Of a DNA stretch of 64,000 nt, positions 27,023 through 36,395 are shown piece by piece; position 1 is the first letter of the stretch; every line of letters begins with the position of its first letter. This stretch comes from a virus, in IMG/VR virus record IMGVR_UViG_3300036466_000585, positions 8,275 to 72,274 of that record; one strand, written 5' to 3'. A model generated the notes under the pieces. It ran no database searches. It had not been told where the DNA came from and saw nothing but the letters and a program-made list of their open reading frames with translations. Made by a program: the position numbers and the translations under genes.

Positions 27023-28699
27023 ATGCCTCAGCACTACTACAGCCGCGAGACCGCCGAGGTCGCCGAGTTCATCGACAGCCTGAAGCAGGAGTCGGTCAAG
27101 GGCGGCGTCTTCGATTCGGCCGCCGCTGACGACTTCCTGGCGAATGCCATCAACCAGGCCACCGGCGTCAAGGTGCCGGAGAAACTGCAGGTCGCCCTCG
27201 ACGAGGCCGACGACAAGACCGCCAGCATGGTGACCCGCGCCATTCTGGACGGCGTGGCTGTCTACGAGCAGGCCCACGGCACGTCCTGCCCGGCCGACGT
27301 AATGCAGCAGGCGATGCACCTGGCCTACGCCACCACCAACGACGCCCGCCGCAAGATGGGCATGCAGCTCGACTCCGCGACCAGCGAGGGCCACGACGCG
27401 CACTCGCTCCAGCCCAACCGGGCGGTGGTCGCCATCCTGGCCACCCTGACCGAGGCTATCCCGTTCGCCCACTACCTGCCGGCGGACATCAACTCGAACG
27501 AGGCCAAGCTGGCCATCATGACTCACCAGGCCGGCCGCAACTACGGCAGCTACTCCGTGGGCGACATCATGGACGGCGGCAACAGCGGCGACGCCTACAT
27601 CACCTCCGGCCGCGAGCACAAGTGCACTATCGTGACCGACGTCGACGGCCCGACCGGCGACATTACCGGAAAGATCACCGCCGTGCAGGCCACGCCGGAG
27701 ACCTGCGACCCGGGCGCCGCCACCGTCAAGCTGCTGCGCGGTCGCTCCCTGGTCTACCTCGACGGCATGATCGTCGCCAAGGAGGTCAACGCCACCGGTA
27801 CCGGCGCCTCCACCGTCAGCGGTCAGGCCGAGATCGGCGGCACTACCCACCAGATCGGCGGCACCATCAACCCGGATAACGGCGACATCGCGCTGACCGC
27901 CAACCCGCCGCTGCCCGAGTCCGCGCATGTGCTGGTGGAGGCCTTCGTCGACTACGAGCGGGCCCCGGAGCTGACTCCGGAGATCATCACCGCCGTCGAC
28001 ACCTTCCAGCTGTTCGCTAAGCCGTGGCGCGTGACCACTCACCAGACCATCGACAGCCGCACGCAGATGGCCAACGAGCTGGGTCTGGATCCGTACAGCG
28101 AGGGCGTGCTCGGCATCCAGTCGCAGTTCGCCAACGAGCGCCACTACGAGGTGCTGCGCAAGGCTCGCCGCCTGGCGTCCCGCAACCAGGAGAGCTTCGA
28201 CTTCGCCTGGGCGACGCAGGGCGACTACAAGTCACGCTCCGACGTGTGGCGCGACTTCAACGCCGTCGTGGGCGCCGTCAGCCAGCGCATGGCGCTGACC
28301 ACCATGAACCACGGCGTCACCCACCTCTACGTGGGCGAGAACGTCGCCGCCCAGATGCAGGGCCTGCCCGCCGATATCTGGGAGCCCTCCGGTGTCGTCG
28401 AGCGCCCCGGCATCTTCCGCCTGGGCCGCCTGTTCGGCCGCTACGACGTCTACTACAGCCCCAAGGTGGTGCTCGAGAGCGGTGGCAGCGCCGAAGTGCT
28501 GTGCGTGGGCCGCGCCACCGACGTGACCCGCAACCCGTTCGTGCTGGGCGATGCCGTGCCGCCGACCGTGATCCCGCTGGCCACCAACGCCGACCTGAAA
28601 AGCGGCGCCGGCTTCTACGCGCGCAACTTCACCAGCGTGAACCCGCACCAGCCCAGCTCCACCGGCTGTGCGCTGATCAACGTCACCAACCTGTTCTAA
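27023..28699 (+). CDS. major capsid protein (P1 gp23-like)
   Basis: 558 aa, strong AGGAGAG RBS, highly biased codons, own promoter, precedes sheath. Confidence 0.75.
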   Translation: MPQHYYSRETAEVAEFIDSLKQESVKGGVFDSAAADDFLANAINQATGVKVPEKLQVALDEADDKTASMVTRAILDGVAVYEQAHGTSCPADVMQQAMHLAYATTNDARRKMGMQLDSATSEGHDAHSLQPNRAVVAILATLTEAIPFAHYLPADINSNEAKLAIMTHQAGRNYGSYSVGDIMDGGNSGDAYITSGREHKCTIVTDVDGPTGDITGKITAVQATPETCDPGAATVKLLRGRSLVYLDGMIVAKEVNATGTGASTVSGQAEIGGTTHQIGGTINPDNGDIALTANPPLPESAHVLVEAFVDYERAPELTPEIITAVDTFQLFAKPWRVTTHQTIDSRTQMANELGLDPYSEGVLGIQSQFANERHYEVLRKARRLASRNQESFDFAWATQGDYKSRSDVWRDFNAVVGAVSQRMALTTMNHGVTHLYVGENVAAQMQGLPADIWEPSGVVERPGIFRLGRLFGRYDVYYSPKVVLESGGSAEVLCVGRATDVTRNPFVLGDAVPPTVIPLATNADLKSGAGFYARNFTSVNPHQPSSTGCALINVTNLF

Positions 28700-28711
28700 G
28701 GGGAGTAGCAC

Positions 28712-29260
28712 ATGACTCGACTGGTGATTGGGCGCCCCGTGGTGGGCAAGACCGGCGCCAATGAAGCGGCCAAGCAGGCGTTCAGCGGGGAGAAGTTCCC
28801 CCTGACCGTGCGGGTCGTCAACAAGATGACCGTCGTCCTCAGTCTGCCCGAGGCCGGCATCAAGCTCCGCCCACTGGCCAGTGGCGTGGCCACCTTCCGC
28901 GACTTCGACCGCCTCCAGCGCGCGGTGTCGAGCCTCGAGCAGATTGCGCGCCTCAACAATGCCAAGGCGCTGGTCGAGCTCGTGGCCGGCGAGACCGCAG
29001 GCGAAGCCGACCAGGAAAGCGGTGGCGAGACCACTGGCGAGGGAGGTGGCCAGGCCTCGAGCGAAAGCGAAGCCGACGGCAATCAGTCCGGCGACCCGGC
29101 GGTTACCGTGATTCAGGACGACGACGAGGCCTTCATCGTCGAGGTGCAGGGCGTTCGCTTCGAGCCGCTGCGCAACCAGGTGTGGGAAGACGGCACGCTG
29201 ACCGCCGGTGGGCTCAAGGCCTTCGAGGAAGCCAAGGCCGCCGCCGAGTCCGCAGAGTAA
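28712..29260 (+). CDS. hypothetical virion protein
   Basis: GGGAG RBS; acidic Gly-rich linker. Confidence 0.65.
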   Translation: MTRLVIGRPVVGKTGANEAAKQAFSGEKFPLTVRVVNKMTVVLSLPEAGIKLRPLASGVATFRDFDRLQRAVSSLEQIARLNNAKALVELVAGETAGEADQESGGETTGEGGGQASSESEADGNQSGDPAVTVIQDDDEAFIVEVQGVRFEPLRNQVWEDGTLTAGGLKAFEEAKAAAESAE

Positions 29261-29274
29261 GGGGGTAGCAACCG

Positions 29275-30927
29275 ATGAGCGTGTCATTCGTTCGACAGCT
29301 CGGGGCCGAATCGGGGGTTCAGCTGAACCCCCTGGTCGACAACTCCGAGATCCCGACGACCGGGATGCAAGACCAGGTGTTCGCTATCGCCATGCGCGCC
29401 ACGCGCGGGCGTATCGATCGCGCCTTCAAGGTCAACCGCAGCGACGTCCGCCAGCGCCTGGGGCACGGCGAGCCGATGCGCGACAACGAGCTCAACGAGG
29501 CCTATGTCCACGTCCGCGAGGCGCTGGACAGCGGCGCCTACGAGGCCGTGGTGGCGCGCCTGCATTCCGATGCCGCCGTGCTGAGCTGGATCGTTGCCAC
29601 CGAGGTGCTGGACGACGTGTCCAGCGAGCCCACCGGTGAAATCGCGTTCACCGTCTCCGAGACTGAGCCGGCGACCGACTTCCTGTTCGCCGTGAAGCAT
29701 CTGGAGTGCTTCAACGATGGCGTCATGGTCGAGTTCCGCGCCGACGAGAAGCGCGAGGGCGGGGTCAACGTCGCCAACGACGTCATTACCCTGCGCCTAC
29801 TGGAGCCCAACGGCGAGAAGCTGATCGAGATCACCGGCTCCCTGGATCGCGACGCCAAGGACGACAACGGCAACAGCTTCTACCTGCCGACCGTCATCGA
29901 GGCGCGCACCGACCGCCTGGAGGTGATCACCGGGGCTACGACCACCATCGCGCCGGAATCCGACGCCTACGGCTACGACGGCCTGTACCGCGAGAAGTGG
30001 TCGACCTCCGCGGTCATGAGCTACTTCGACGAGGGCGGTACCGCCTACACCGTCGATGACTACGTGCGTGCTCGCGAGCAGCTGTACGGCACCCAGCACG
30101 GCTATGCCTACATCGCCTCCGGCGGGAGCGAGGCCCCGGGGCTGATCGCCGAGCTGGCGAGCCTGGCCTTCGACACCAACCGCCAGCTGCGCATCGACGT
30201 TCCCGGCGGACTGGACGTGGAGGGCGCCATCGCCTTCGTGGAGCAGATGAACCTGGGCGGCCAACCCGAGGCCCACCTGCTGCATGCCTTCTGGGCGCCG
30301 CTGAAGTCCATGGACCCGACCGGCATCAACGGCAAGCGCCACTTCGGTACCGCCACGCTCAACATCGCCATGGCGTGCGGGCGCAATGCGCGGATCAACG
30401 CCAAGGGCTTCGCGCCCAAGCACTACCCGGTGGCCGGGCGCGAATGGCCTATCAGCCGTCAGGGCATCGTGCAGACCTACAGCCCCAACAACCAGGAGCT
30501 CAACGCCCTGGCCCGGGCGAAGATCAACCCGGTGATCTTCGAGAACTACTCCGGGGGCGGGCGTTATGTGTTCCGCGACTCGCTGACCAGCGCCATGGTC
30601 GACTCCAGCCTGAAGAAGCTGATCGCCGTCGCCGACATGTCGACTTCCATCGACGACGCCGTGACTCGCTTCGGCAAGGACATCCTGCAGCTGCCGATGA
30701 CGGTCGCCATCAAGAAGATGCGCGACTTCCTGACCACGCATTTCGAGGCGGCTCAGGCATCTGGCTGGCTGGTGCCGTCCGACGACCCGGCGATGAATGG
30801 CGCGGCCTGGCGCTTTGAGGTGCAGCCCAACGAGCAGCGGCCCTATGAGCTGATGGATGTCCGTTACTGGCTGCGCTACGACGGCACCACTCGCCAGATC
30901 CACGTGACCCAGACGCTGAGCCGCTAA
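29275..30927 (+). CDS. contractile tail sheath protein (P1 gp22-like)
   Basis: RQLGAESGVQLNP...RGR; LARAKINPV; YWLRYDGTTRQI. Confidence 0.8.
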   Translation: MSVSFVRQLGAESGVQLNPLVDNSEIPTTGMQDQVFAIAMRATRGRIDRAFKVNRSDVRQRLGHGEPMRDNELNEAYVHVREALDSGAYEAVVARLHSDAAVLSWIVATEVLDDVSSEPTGEIAFTVSETEPATDFLFAVKHLECFNDGVMVEFRADEKREGGVNVANDVITLRLLEPNGEKLIEITGSLDRDAKDDNGNSFYLPTVIEARTDRLEVITGATTTIAPESDAYGYDGLYREKWSTSAVMSYFDEGGTAYTVDDYVRAREQLYGTQHGYAYIASGGSEAPGLIAELASLAFDTNRQLRIDVPGGLDVEGAIAFVEQMNLGGQPEAHLLHAFWAPLKSMDPTGINGKRHFGTATLNIAMACGRNARINAKGFAPKHYPVAGREWPISRQGIVQTYSPNNQELNALARAKINPVIFENYSGGGRYVFRDSLTSAMVDSSLKKLIAVADMSTSIDDAVTRFGKDILQLPMTVAIKKMRDFLTTHFEAAQASGWLVPSDDPAMNGAAWRFEVQPNEQRPYELMDVRYWLRYDGTTRQIHVTQTLSR

Positions 30928-30936
30928 GGAGAAACC

Positions 30937-31650
30937 ATGAGTGAACTGCAGAACGTGCTCCGCGGGCTGATGTACCCCGCGAAGCGTGAGCCCAAACCCG
31001 CTGCCGATCCCGAGGGCACGCCCCGGCGCTTCCTGGTGCTCGACGACGCGGGCGAGCCGGTGCTCGACTCCGCCGGCGAATATGAGCACATGAGCCTGCG
31101 CATGGATGCCGTCGCCGTCATCCAGCAGTGGATCGAGGAAGACGACCTGGACGATGGCGAGAGCAGCGCCGACCGGCTGCTGGCGATGATGGTCGGCATC
31201 GCCGACGACAACCAGGACGGCGAGCTCGACGAGGACGAGAACGAGGTGGTCGACGTCGCCCGTGAGGCGGCCTGGGATTACCTGTCCGCCGTGGGGATCG
31301 AGGACGAGGATATCGGCCTGCTGCTGGACGACTGGGACGACGAGGCCGCCGAGCGCATCCGCGACGCCGTGGCGGCCGCGCTGCCCGACGGGGATGCCGC
31401 CTTCGACGCCATCGACGACTTCACCTTCGACGAGGCCGACCAGGAGCCGGTGTTCGACGCCGCCTATCGGAAGCGAACCGTGGTTCGAAACGGCAAGAAG
31501 AAGCGCGTCAACAAGCGCGTGGCCGGCAACGTGCGGCTGTCCGGCAAGCAGAAGCTGGCCATCCGCAAGGCGCGCAAGAAGGCTCATAACCCGCGGGCCA
31601 AGGCGCGTCGCCTGAAGTCCATGAAAGTGCGCCGCCGCATGGGCATGTAA
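30937..31650 (+). CDS. prohead core/scaffold-like protein
   Basis: Very acidic body, very basic tail VVRNGKKK...RLSGKQKLAIRKARKKAH...RLKSMKVRRRMG. Confidence 0.6.
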   Translation: MSELQNVLRGLMYPAKREPKPAADPEGTPRRFLVLDDAGEPVLDSAGEYEHMSLRMDAVAVIQQWIEEDDLDDGESSADRLLAMMVGIADDNQDGELDEDENEVVDVAREAAWDYLSAVGIEDEDIGLLLDDWDDEAAERIRDAVAAALPDGDAAFDAIDDFTFDEADQEPVFDAAYRKRTVVRNGKKKRVNKRVAGNVRLSGKQKLAIRKARKKAHNPRAKARRLKSMKVRRRMGM

Positions 31651-31672
31651 TCCGACGACGGGTGGGGTGCTT

Positions 31673-31695
31673 GGCGGCCAGTGGCCGCCTTTTTT
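31673..31695 (+). terminator. rho-independent terminator
   Basis: GGCGGCCAGTGGCCGCC-TTTTTT. Confidence 0.75.
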
Positions 31696-31711
31696 CTGAC
31701 GGGAGCCTGAT

Positions 31712-32473
31712 ATGACGCTGCCATTTACCGGCCTGGGGCCGTTGTGGGACGGCATCAATCCCAGCCTGATCGCCTCGATCTACGAGGTGGATCACAAGGG
31801 CGAGCCGCTCGACGAGAGCGCGCGCGTCCGCTGTCTGTTCGTCGACGACGCCAACCTGGAGGCGACCTTCAACTGGCAATCGCCGTTCGATGGCGCCGGC
31901 CCCGAGGCGAGGGCGCCGACGCTGGCCGCCATGCTGCAAAGCGGGGCCATTCAGCCCATTGCCGAGCGACTGGGCGAGGGCGCGGGGAGCGCCACCAAAG
32001 AGGTCAGCGAGACCGCGCGCGGGCGCACGGGCATCACCAAGCTCAACAGCACGCAAGTGTTCAGCGGTATGCCGCCCATCCGCCTGCAGACCACGCTCAT
32101 GCTGCGCGCCTGGCGCGACCCCGGCGCTGAGGTCGAGGAGCCGCTAGACCAGCTCATGCGCTGGGTGTTGCCCCAGTACCTGGCTCCTGAGGGAACGCTG
32201 CTGACCGCAGCGCTGGACTGGTACCAGCAGGGCGAGCGCGACGTGAACGGCTTCGTCGAGGCGGCCATGCCGTCGGCAGCGCCTTCCCTGCTGGCCATCC
32301 GCTACAAGGGTCGCACCTATGCCCCGATGGTCGTCGAGAGTATCGGCGTGCCGCTCAATTCCCCCTCCGACAAGTTCGGTCGATTCATCCAACTCCAGCT
32401 GCCGGTGACGTTCAGCACGCTGACCGCCATTGATCGCCACGACTGGGATGCCATGAAAGGAGAGTCCCGATGA
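31712..32473 (+). CDS. baseplate tube-initiator protein (P1 PmgG-like)
   Basis: NSTQVFSGMPP...AWRDP..EV...L; recalled similarity. Confidence 0.55.
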   Translation: MTLPFTGLGPLWDGINPSLIASIYEVDHKGEPLDESARVRCLFVDDANLEATFNWQSPFDGAGPEARAPTLAAMLQSGAIQPIAERLGEGAGSATKEVSETARGRTGITKLNSTQVFSGMPPIRLQTTLMLRAWRDPGAEVEEPLDQLMRWVLPQYLAPEGTLLTAALDWYQQGERDVNGFVEAAMPSAAPSLLAIRYKGRTYAPMVVESIGVPLNSPSDKFGRFIQLQLPVTFSTLTAIDRHDWDAMKGESR

Positions 32474-33228
32474 TCCACTTCCCGGTGCTGCGCACCCGCC
32501 GACTGACGGTGCGCATGAAGGAGCTGGCGATGATCGACGCCATCGCCCTGGCGGCGATACCGCCGCACCTCAACGAGGAGGCCACCACTGCCTTTCTGCG
32601 CGCCGCCGTCGATGATGTGCAAGGGGTGGAGAGCCCCGAGGACTGGACGGTGCAGGAGCGCACCATGGCCGTCTGCCACTACATGGCGTCCACGCTCGAC
32701 GATGGCCCGGACTTCAGCCTGGCCGACGGCAAGGCCAGCTTCTCCGACTACCTGCTGGGTGAGCAGGACTACCCGGGGGAGTGCGTCGAGGTCGGCACCC
32801 TCGAAGGCGACCGCTGGGAGGCGCGCCACCTAACTGGGGCCCTGGCCGGCGCCATCGAGCGCCTGCAGGGTGAGCTGCCCGGGGTGTCCGGGCATGCCCA
32901 CTGGCGTATCGGCCGCATGGCGGCCCAGCTGATCCCCAACGGCGATGCCGTACCGTCTTCCGGCGACGTCGATGCCGCGCTGATCGAGCGCATGCGGGTC
33001 ATCGCCAACTACCCGGAGAGCGCCTTCGTCCAGCTGATGGACGCTTTCGAGCGCGCCCGGGCAGAGCTTGATCACCTGTTCCTGGTGGATACGGACGAGC
33101 ACGGCTTGATGGCCCTGCCAAGGGAGGGCAGCGCGGCTGAAAAGCCGCCTGCGCGATTTCCAGTTGGCACCTGCATCACCGACCTCGCGCTCTACCTGGG
33201 CGGAAAACCAGCGGCTGCTGGCCCATAG
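32470..33228 (+). CDS. tail/baseplate assembly chaperone (P1 PmgB-like)
   Basis: IDAIAL..IPP...EEATTAFL...PEDWTVQER. Confidence 0.55.
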   Translation: MIHFPVLRTRRLTVRMKELAMIDAIALAAIPPHLNEEATTAFLRAAVDDVQGVESPEDWTVQERTMAVCHYMASTLDDGPDFSLADGKASFSDYLLGEQDYPGECVEVGTLEGDRWEARHLTGALAGAIERLQGELPGVSGHAHWRIGRMAAQLIPNGDAVPSSGDVDAALIERMRVIANYPESAFVQLMDAFERARAELDHLFLVDTDEHGLMALPREGSAAEKPPARFPVGTCITDLALYLGGKPAAAGP

Positions 33229-33442
33229 CCTCGCCCTATATTCGTCGACATCGCTGCCCGATGCGCTACGCATGACGCACAGCGAGGCCGAGGCCTTCTT
33301 CGAGGGCAAGGCCTACGCCGATTGGCGCAAGGGCAAAGAGCAGGAACTGAAGCTGCAGGCGGCCGTGAATGACCGGCTCAACGGGGTGATTCGCGCCTGT
33401 GGCGCCATCGTGAAGACAGTGGCATCGCTAGGGCGCCGGTGA
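33164..33442 (+). CDS. small overlapping ORF (possible frameshift extension of upstream chaperone)
   Basis: +1 frame overlap of 65 nt; LALYSSTSLPDALRMTHSEAEAFF; no good RBS. Confidence 0.45.
   Translation: MAPASPTSRSTWAENQRLLAHSLALYSSTSLPDALRMTHSEAEAFFEGKAYADWRKGKEQELKLQAAVNDRLNGVIRACGAIVKTVASLGRR
33202..33242 (+). promoter_or_regulatory. putative late promoter LP3 (lysis cassette)
   Basis: GGAAAA-N29-TATATT. Confidence 0.6.
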
Positions 33443-33486
33443 TAGGCGCCGCAAAGGTGCCGGCCATGCGCAATGAGGAGGGCGAT

Positions 33487-33843
33487 GTGGCAGAACCAAC
33501 GACCAGCGCAGCGGCGGCAACGGCGACAGCGACCGGTATCGGGCTGGCGGCCCTGCTGCCCTGGATCAACGCCAACGCCCTGATGGGAGCCGCCCTGGGG
33601 GCCGGGCTGGTGGCCTACACCAAGACCGACCTTCGGGCCTGGCAGCGTATCGGCGCGCTGCTGTTCTCCGCCCTGTGCGGCTACCTGATGACGCCCGAGA
33701 TCGTCGCCCAGACCCCGGTCACCCATGACGGGGCCGGCGGCTTCATCGGCGCCATTGTGATCGTCCCGCTGTCGCTGAAACTCATCCAGCACGTCGAAAG
33801 GTTCGACCTGGCGACGTGGCTCGACCGCCGCAAAGGCAAGTGA
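33487..33843 (+). CDS. putative holin 1
   Basis: GAGGAG RBS + GTG; MAEPTTS...; 3-4 hydrophobic segments; basic C-terminus. Confidence 0.75.
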   Translation: MAEPTTSAAAATATATGIGLAALLPWINANALMGAALGAGLVAYTKTDLRAWQRIGALLFSALCGYLMTPEIVAQTPVTHDGAGGFIGAIVIVPLSLKLIQHVERFDLATWLDRRKGK

Positions 33844-33852
33844 GGCGAGGCA

Positions 33853-34161
33853 ATGGCTGAGACGAGCGTTATCCAGAGCATCGCACCCGTCGTGGCGGCG
33901 TTCAGTTACTTCATCGCGGCCGTGCGGCTGGCCACTTTCCGGCGTGGCAGCCGCCGCTACAAGCGCCACCTGTCGCTATTCGCCAGCGCCCTCATCGGCA
34001 CCCTGCTGTGTGCCGGGCTCGAGGTCGTATTCCTCGAGCCGGAGGTGAGCGTCTTCCAGAGCGCGCTGGCCCTGCTGTTCTGTGTCCTGACGCTACGCGC
34101 GCGGGGCAATGTCGCCACCCTGATGAGGATGCCCCATGACGGATCTACTCAAGCGCGGTAG
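33853..34161 (+). CDS. putative holin 2 (DUF754-like)
   Basis: RLATFRRGSRRYKR..SLFA...RARGNVA; 3 TM segments. Confidence 0.75.
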   Translation: MAETSVIQSIAPVVAAFSYFIAAVRLATFRRGSRRYKRHLSLFASALIGTLLCAGLEVVFLEPEVSVFQSALALLFCVLTLRARGNVATLMRMPHDGSTQAR

Positions 34162-34936
34162 CCGCAGCGATGCGGTGCGCCACCTGCAACGCGAACTTGG
34201 CTTCGCTGGCGATGATGTCGACGGCATCTACGGGGCTATGACCGAGCGCGCCGTGCGGCGCTTCCAGAAGTCGAGAGGCCTGGTCGCCGACGGCATCGCC
34301 GGCCCGAAGACGTTCGAGGCGCTGTCCGGCGAGGACACGGCGCGCCGCCTTGGCCAGGGCGATATCGAGCGCGTCGCCGCGAGACTGGGAGTCGAGGCGG
34401 CGGCCGTTATGGCGGTCAATGAGGTCGAGTCCAGGGGTAGCGGCTTCCTCGACGATGGTCGTCCGGTGATCCTTTTCGAGCGTCACGTTATGCGGCGCAA
34501 TCTGCGCGACATCGGGCGCGACGCCGACCTGCTGGCACGCCACCTGCCGGAAGTCGTCAACAGCACGCCTGGCGGCTATGACGGCGGCGCTGACGAGCAC
34601 CGTCGCCTGCACCTGGCGCGCCAGATCGATGAGGGCTGCGCCATCTGCGCGGCGTCCTGGGGTCTGTTCCAGATCATGGGGCATCACTACGCCAGGCTGG
34701 GATTTGACACGCCGCAGGAGATGGAGGCGGCAGCCGGCGACAGCGAGGGGGCCCAGCTGGAGATGTTCGCCGCGTTCATCGAGTCCGATCCGCGTCTGCA
34801 CCAGGCGCTTCGAGCGCACGACTGGGAGGCGTTCGCGCGGATCTACAACGGCCCGGCCTATGCCAAGCATGACTACCACGGCCGCATGGCGGCGGCATTC
34901 GACAACCACAGCGAGGCGCTGAAGGAGGCGGCATGA
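34136..34936 (+). CDS. endolysin: PG-binding domain + N-acetylmuramidase (DUF3380-like)
   Basis: LQ..LG...DGIYG..TE.AVRRFQ...GLVADGIAGPKT; AVNEVESRG, ILFERH, SWGLFQIMG, FARIYNGPAY. Confidence 0.92.
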   Translation: MTDLLKRGSRSDAVRHLQRELGFAGDDVDGIYGAMTERAVRRFQKSRGLVADGIAGPKTFEALSGEDTARRLGQGDIERVAARLGVEAAAVMAVNEVESRGSGFLDDGRPVILFERHVMRRNLRDIGRDADLLARHLPEVVNSTPGGYDGGADEHRRLHLARQIDEGCAICAASWGLFQIMGHHYARLGFDTPQEMEAAAGDSEGAQLEMFAAFIESDPRLHQALRAHDWEAFARIYNGPAYAKHDYHGRMAAAFDNHSEALKEAA

Positions 34937-35382
34937 ACCTGATCACCAATATCGTCGGTACCGTGGCAAAGCCCGTGTTCGACATCATCGACAAGGCGGT
35001 CACCGACAAGGACCAGGCTGCCCGGCTCAAGGCCGATTTGCAGCGTCGCCTGATCGACCAGCAAGATGCCGGCCTGAAGGCGCAGATGCAGATCATCCTC
35101 GCCGAGGCGACGGGCGAGAGCTGGGCGCAGCGCAACTGGCGCCCGGTGTTGATGCTGGTCATCGTCGCGATCATCGCCAACAACTACCTGCTTGCGCCTT
35201 ACCTGGGGGCCATGTTTGGCGTCGGGCTCCAGCTCGAGCTGCCCGAGCACATGTGGAACCTGATGACGCTGGGCGTCGGCGGCTACATCGCCGGCCGGTC
35301 GGGGGAGAAGATTGCCGGCACGCTCAAGCGGGGCAGCGATTCAGGGGGTGGCAACCTGATGGGCAGCATCGACACACGGTAG
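34933..35382 (+). CDS. 3TM holin-like protein (GTA holin type)
   Basis: IILAEA..ESWAQRNWRP...W.L..LGVGGYIAGRSGEK. Confidence 0.75.
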   Translation: MNLITNIVGTVAKPVFDIIDKAVTDKDQAARLKADLQRRLIDQQDAGLKAQMQIILAEATGESWAQRNWRPVLMLVIVAIIANNYLLAPYLGAMFGVGLQLELPEHMWNLMTLGVGGYIAGRSGEKIAGTLKRGSDSGGGNLMGSIDTR

Positions 35383-35395
35383 CGGTAGTCGACCA

Positions 35396-35436
35396 GGAAA
35401 ACCGAGACCCTTGCAGCCTTGGGGCGGCGATACGCT
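35396..35436 (+). promoter_or_regulatory. putative late promoter LP4
   Basis: GGAAAA-N29-TACGCT upstream of tail tube gene. Confidence 0.7.
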
Positions 35437-35507
35437 GGCACCCCAAGGCCATGCTGCGCCATGGCTGCGTCGCCTCCGACTCACGCTGACCCAACGGGAA
35501 TAACGCC

Positions 35508-36008
35508 ATGACCGTATCTACCGCCAACTACCTCAAGGGTTTTTACGACCAGACGAAGGCCATGGGCCAAAAGGTCGTGAACTCCGACTTCACCTTCGAG
35601 ATCGAGGGGTTCGAGCAGACCTACCTACTGGCCCGGCAGTGCCCGTGGCCGACGGTTGCCACGCAAGGCGAAATCGAGGTGCCGACCCCGCTGGGCGCCG
35701 CGGCGTTTGAGCCGCAGCAGATCCGCACCAACCACCAGGGGCAGGTGACCCTGATGGAAGTGACGGCCGGCACCATTGACCAGATGCTGGTCGACATCAT
35801 CGCCAACGGTGGCACCTTCAACGCCAAGATCTACGAGGGCACGCCCGAGCGTTACCTGCGCTACAAGCGCATCACCGATGCCTTCGTCCAGATCGACGAT
35901 CCGGACCGCGACTGGGAGAACCGCAGCCAGGTTCTCACCTTCAGCGGCACCATGTTCTTCCACTACTTCGGCGAGATCGTGGAAGGCAACAGCACGGATT
36001 ACCGCTGA
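35508..36008 (+). CDS. tail tube protein (P1 BplB-like)
   Basis: 166 aa; YLKGFY...GQKVVNSDFTFEIEG.E...LLAR...P. Confidence 0.7.
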   Translation: MTVSTANYLKGFYDQTKAMGQKVVNSDFTFEIEGFEQTYLLARQCPWPTVATQGEIEVPTPLGAAAFEPQQIRTNHQGQVTLMEVTAGTIDQMLVDIIANGGTFNAKIYEGTPERYLRYKRITDAFVQIDDPDRDWENRSQVLTFSGTMFFHYFGEIVEGNSTDYR

Positions 36009-36385
36009 TGGCCACCCTGGCGAGCCTGGCGACCCGGTTTGCCGAGCACGAGCGCGGCGCCGCCAACATCCTGCCGCCCGAGTCCGTCACGGCCCTGGCC
36101 GTGGCGGCGGTGTCGTTCTACGCCGGCTTCGCCGAGCTCACGCACCTGACCGACGGCGCCGATATCGATGAGAACCTGGAGGTCACGGTGTCCGAGTGGG
36201 CGGAGATTCGCCCGCTGTTCGTGCTCTACGTCGAGCGCGAGAACGCGCTGCAGCTGGAGGCGACCGGCATCCTCAGTGCCGGCGGCGGCTTCGGGCGGTC
36301 CAGCTCCGAGGTCGGCGGCGAGATTGCCCAGATGGAAGCCGAGCTGCCGCGTCGCGTCTTCTATCACCCGGTCATCACGATCTAG
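36008..36385 (+). CDS. putative neck/adaptor protein
   Basis: TGATG coupling; structural context. Confidence 0.5.
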   Translation: MATLASLATRFAEHERGAANILPPESVTALAVAAVSFYAGFAELTHLTDGADIDENLEVTVSEWAEIRPLFVLYVERENALQLEATGILSAGGGFGRSSSEVGGEIAQMEAELPRRVFYHPVITI

Positions 36386-36395
36386 GGGGTAGGGC

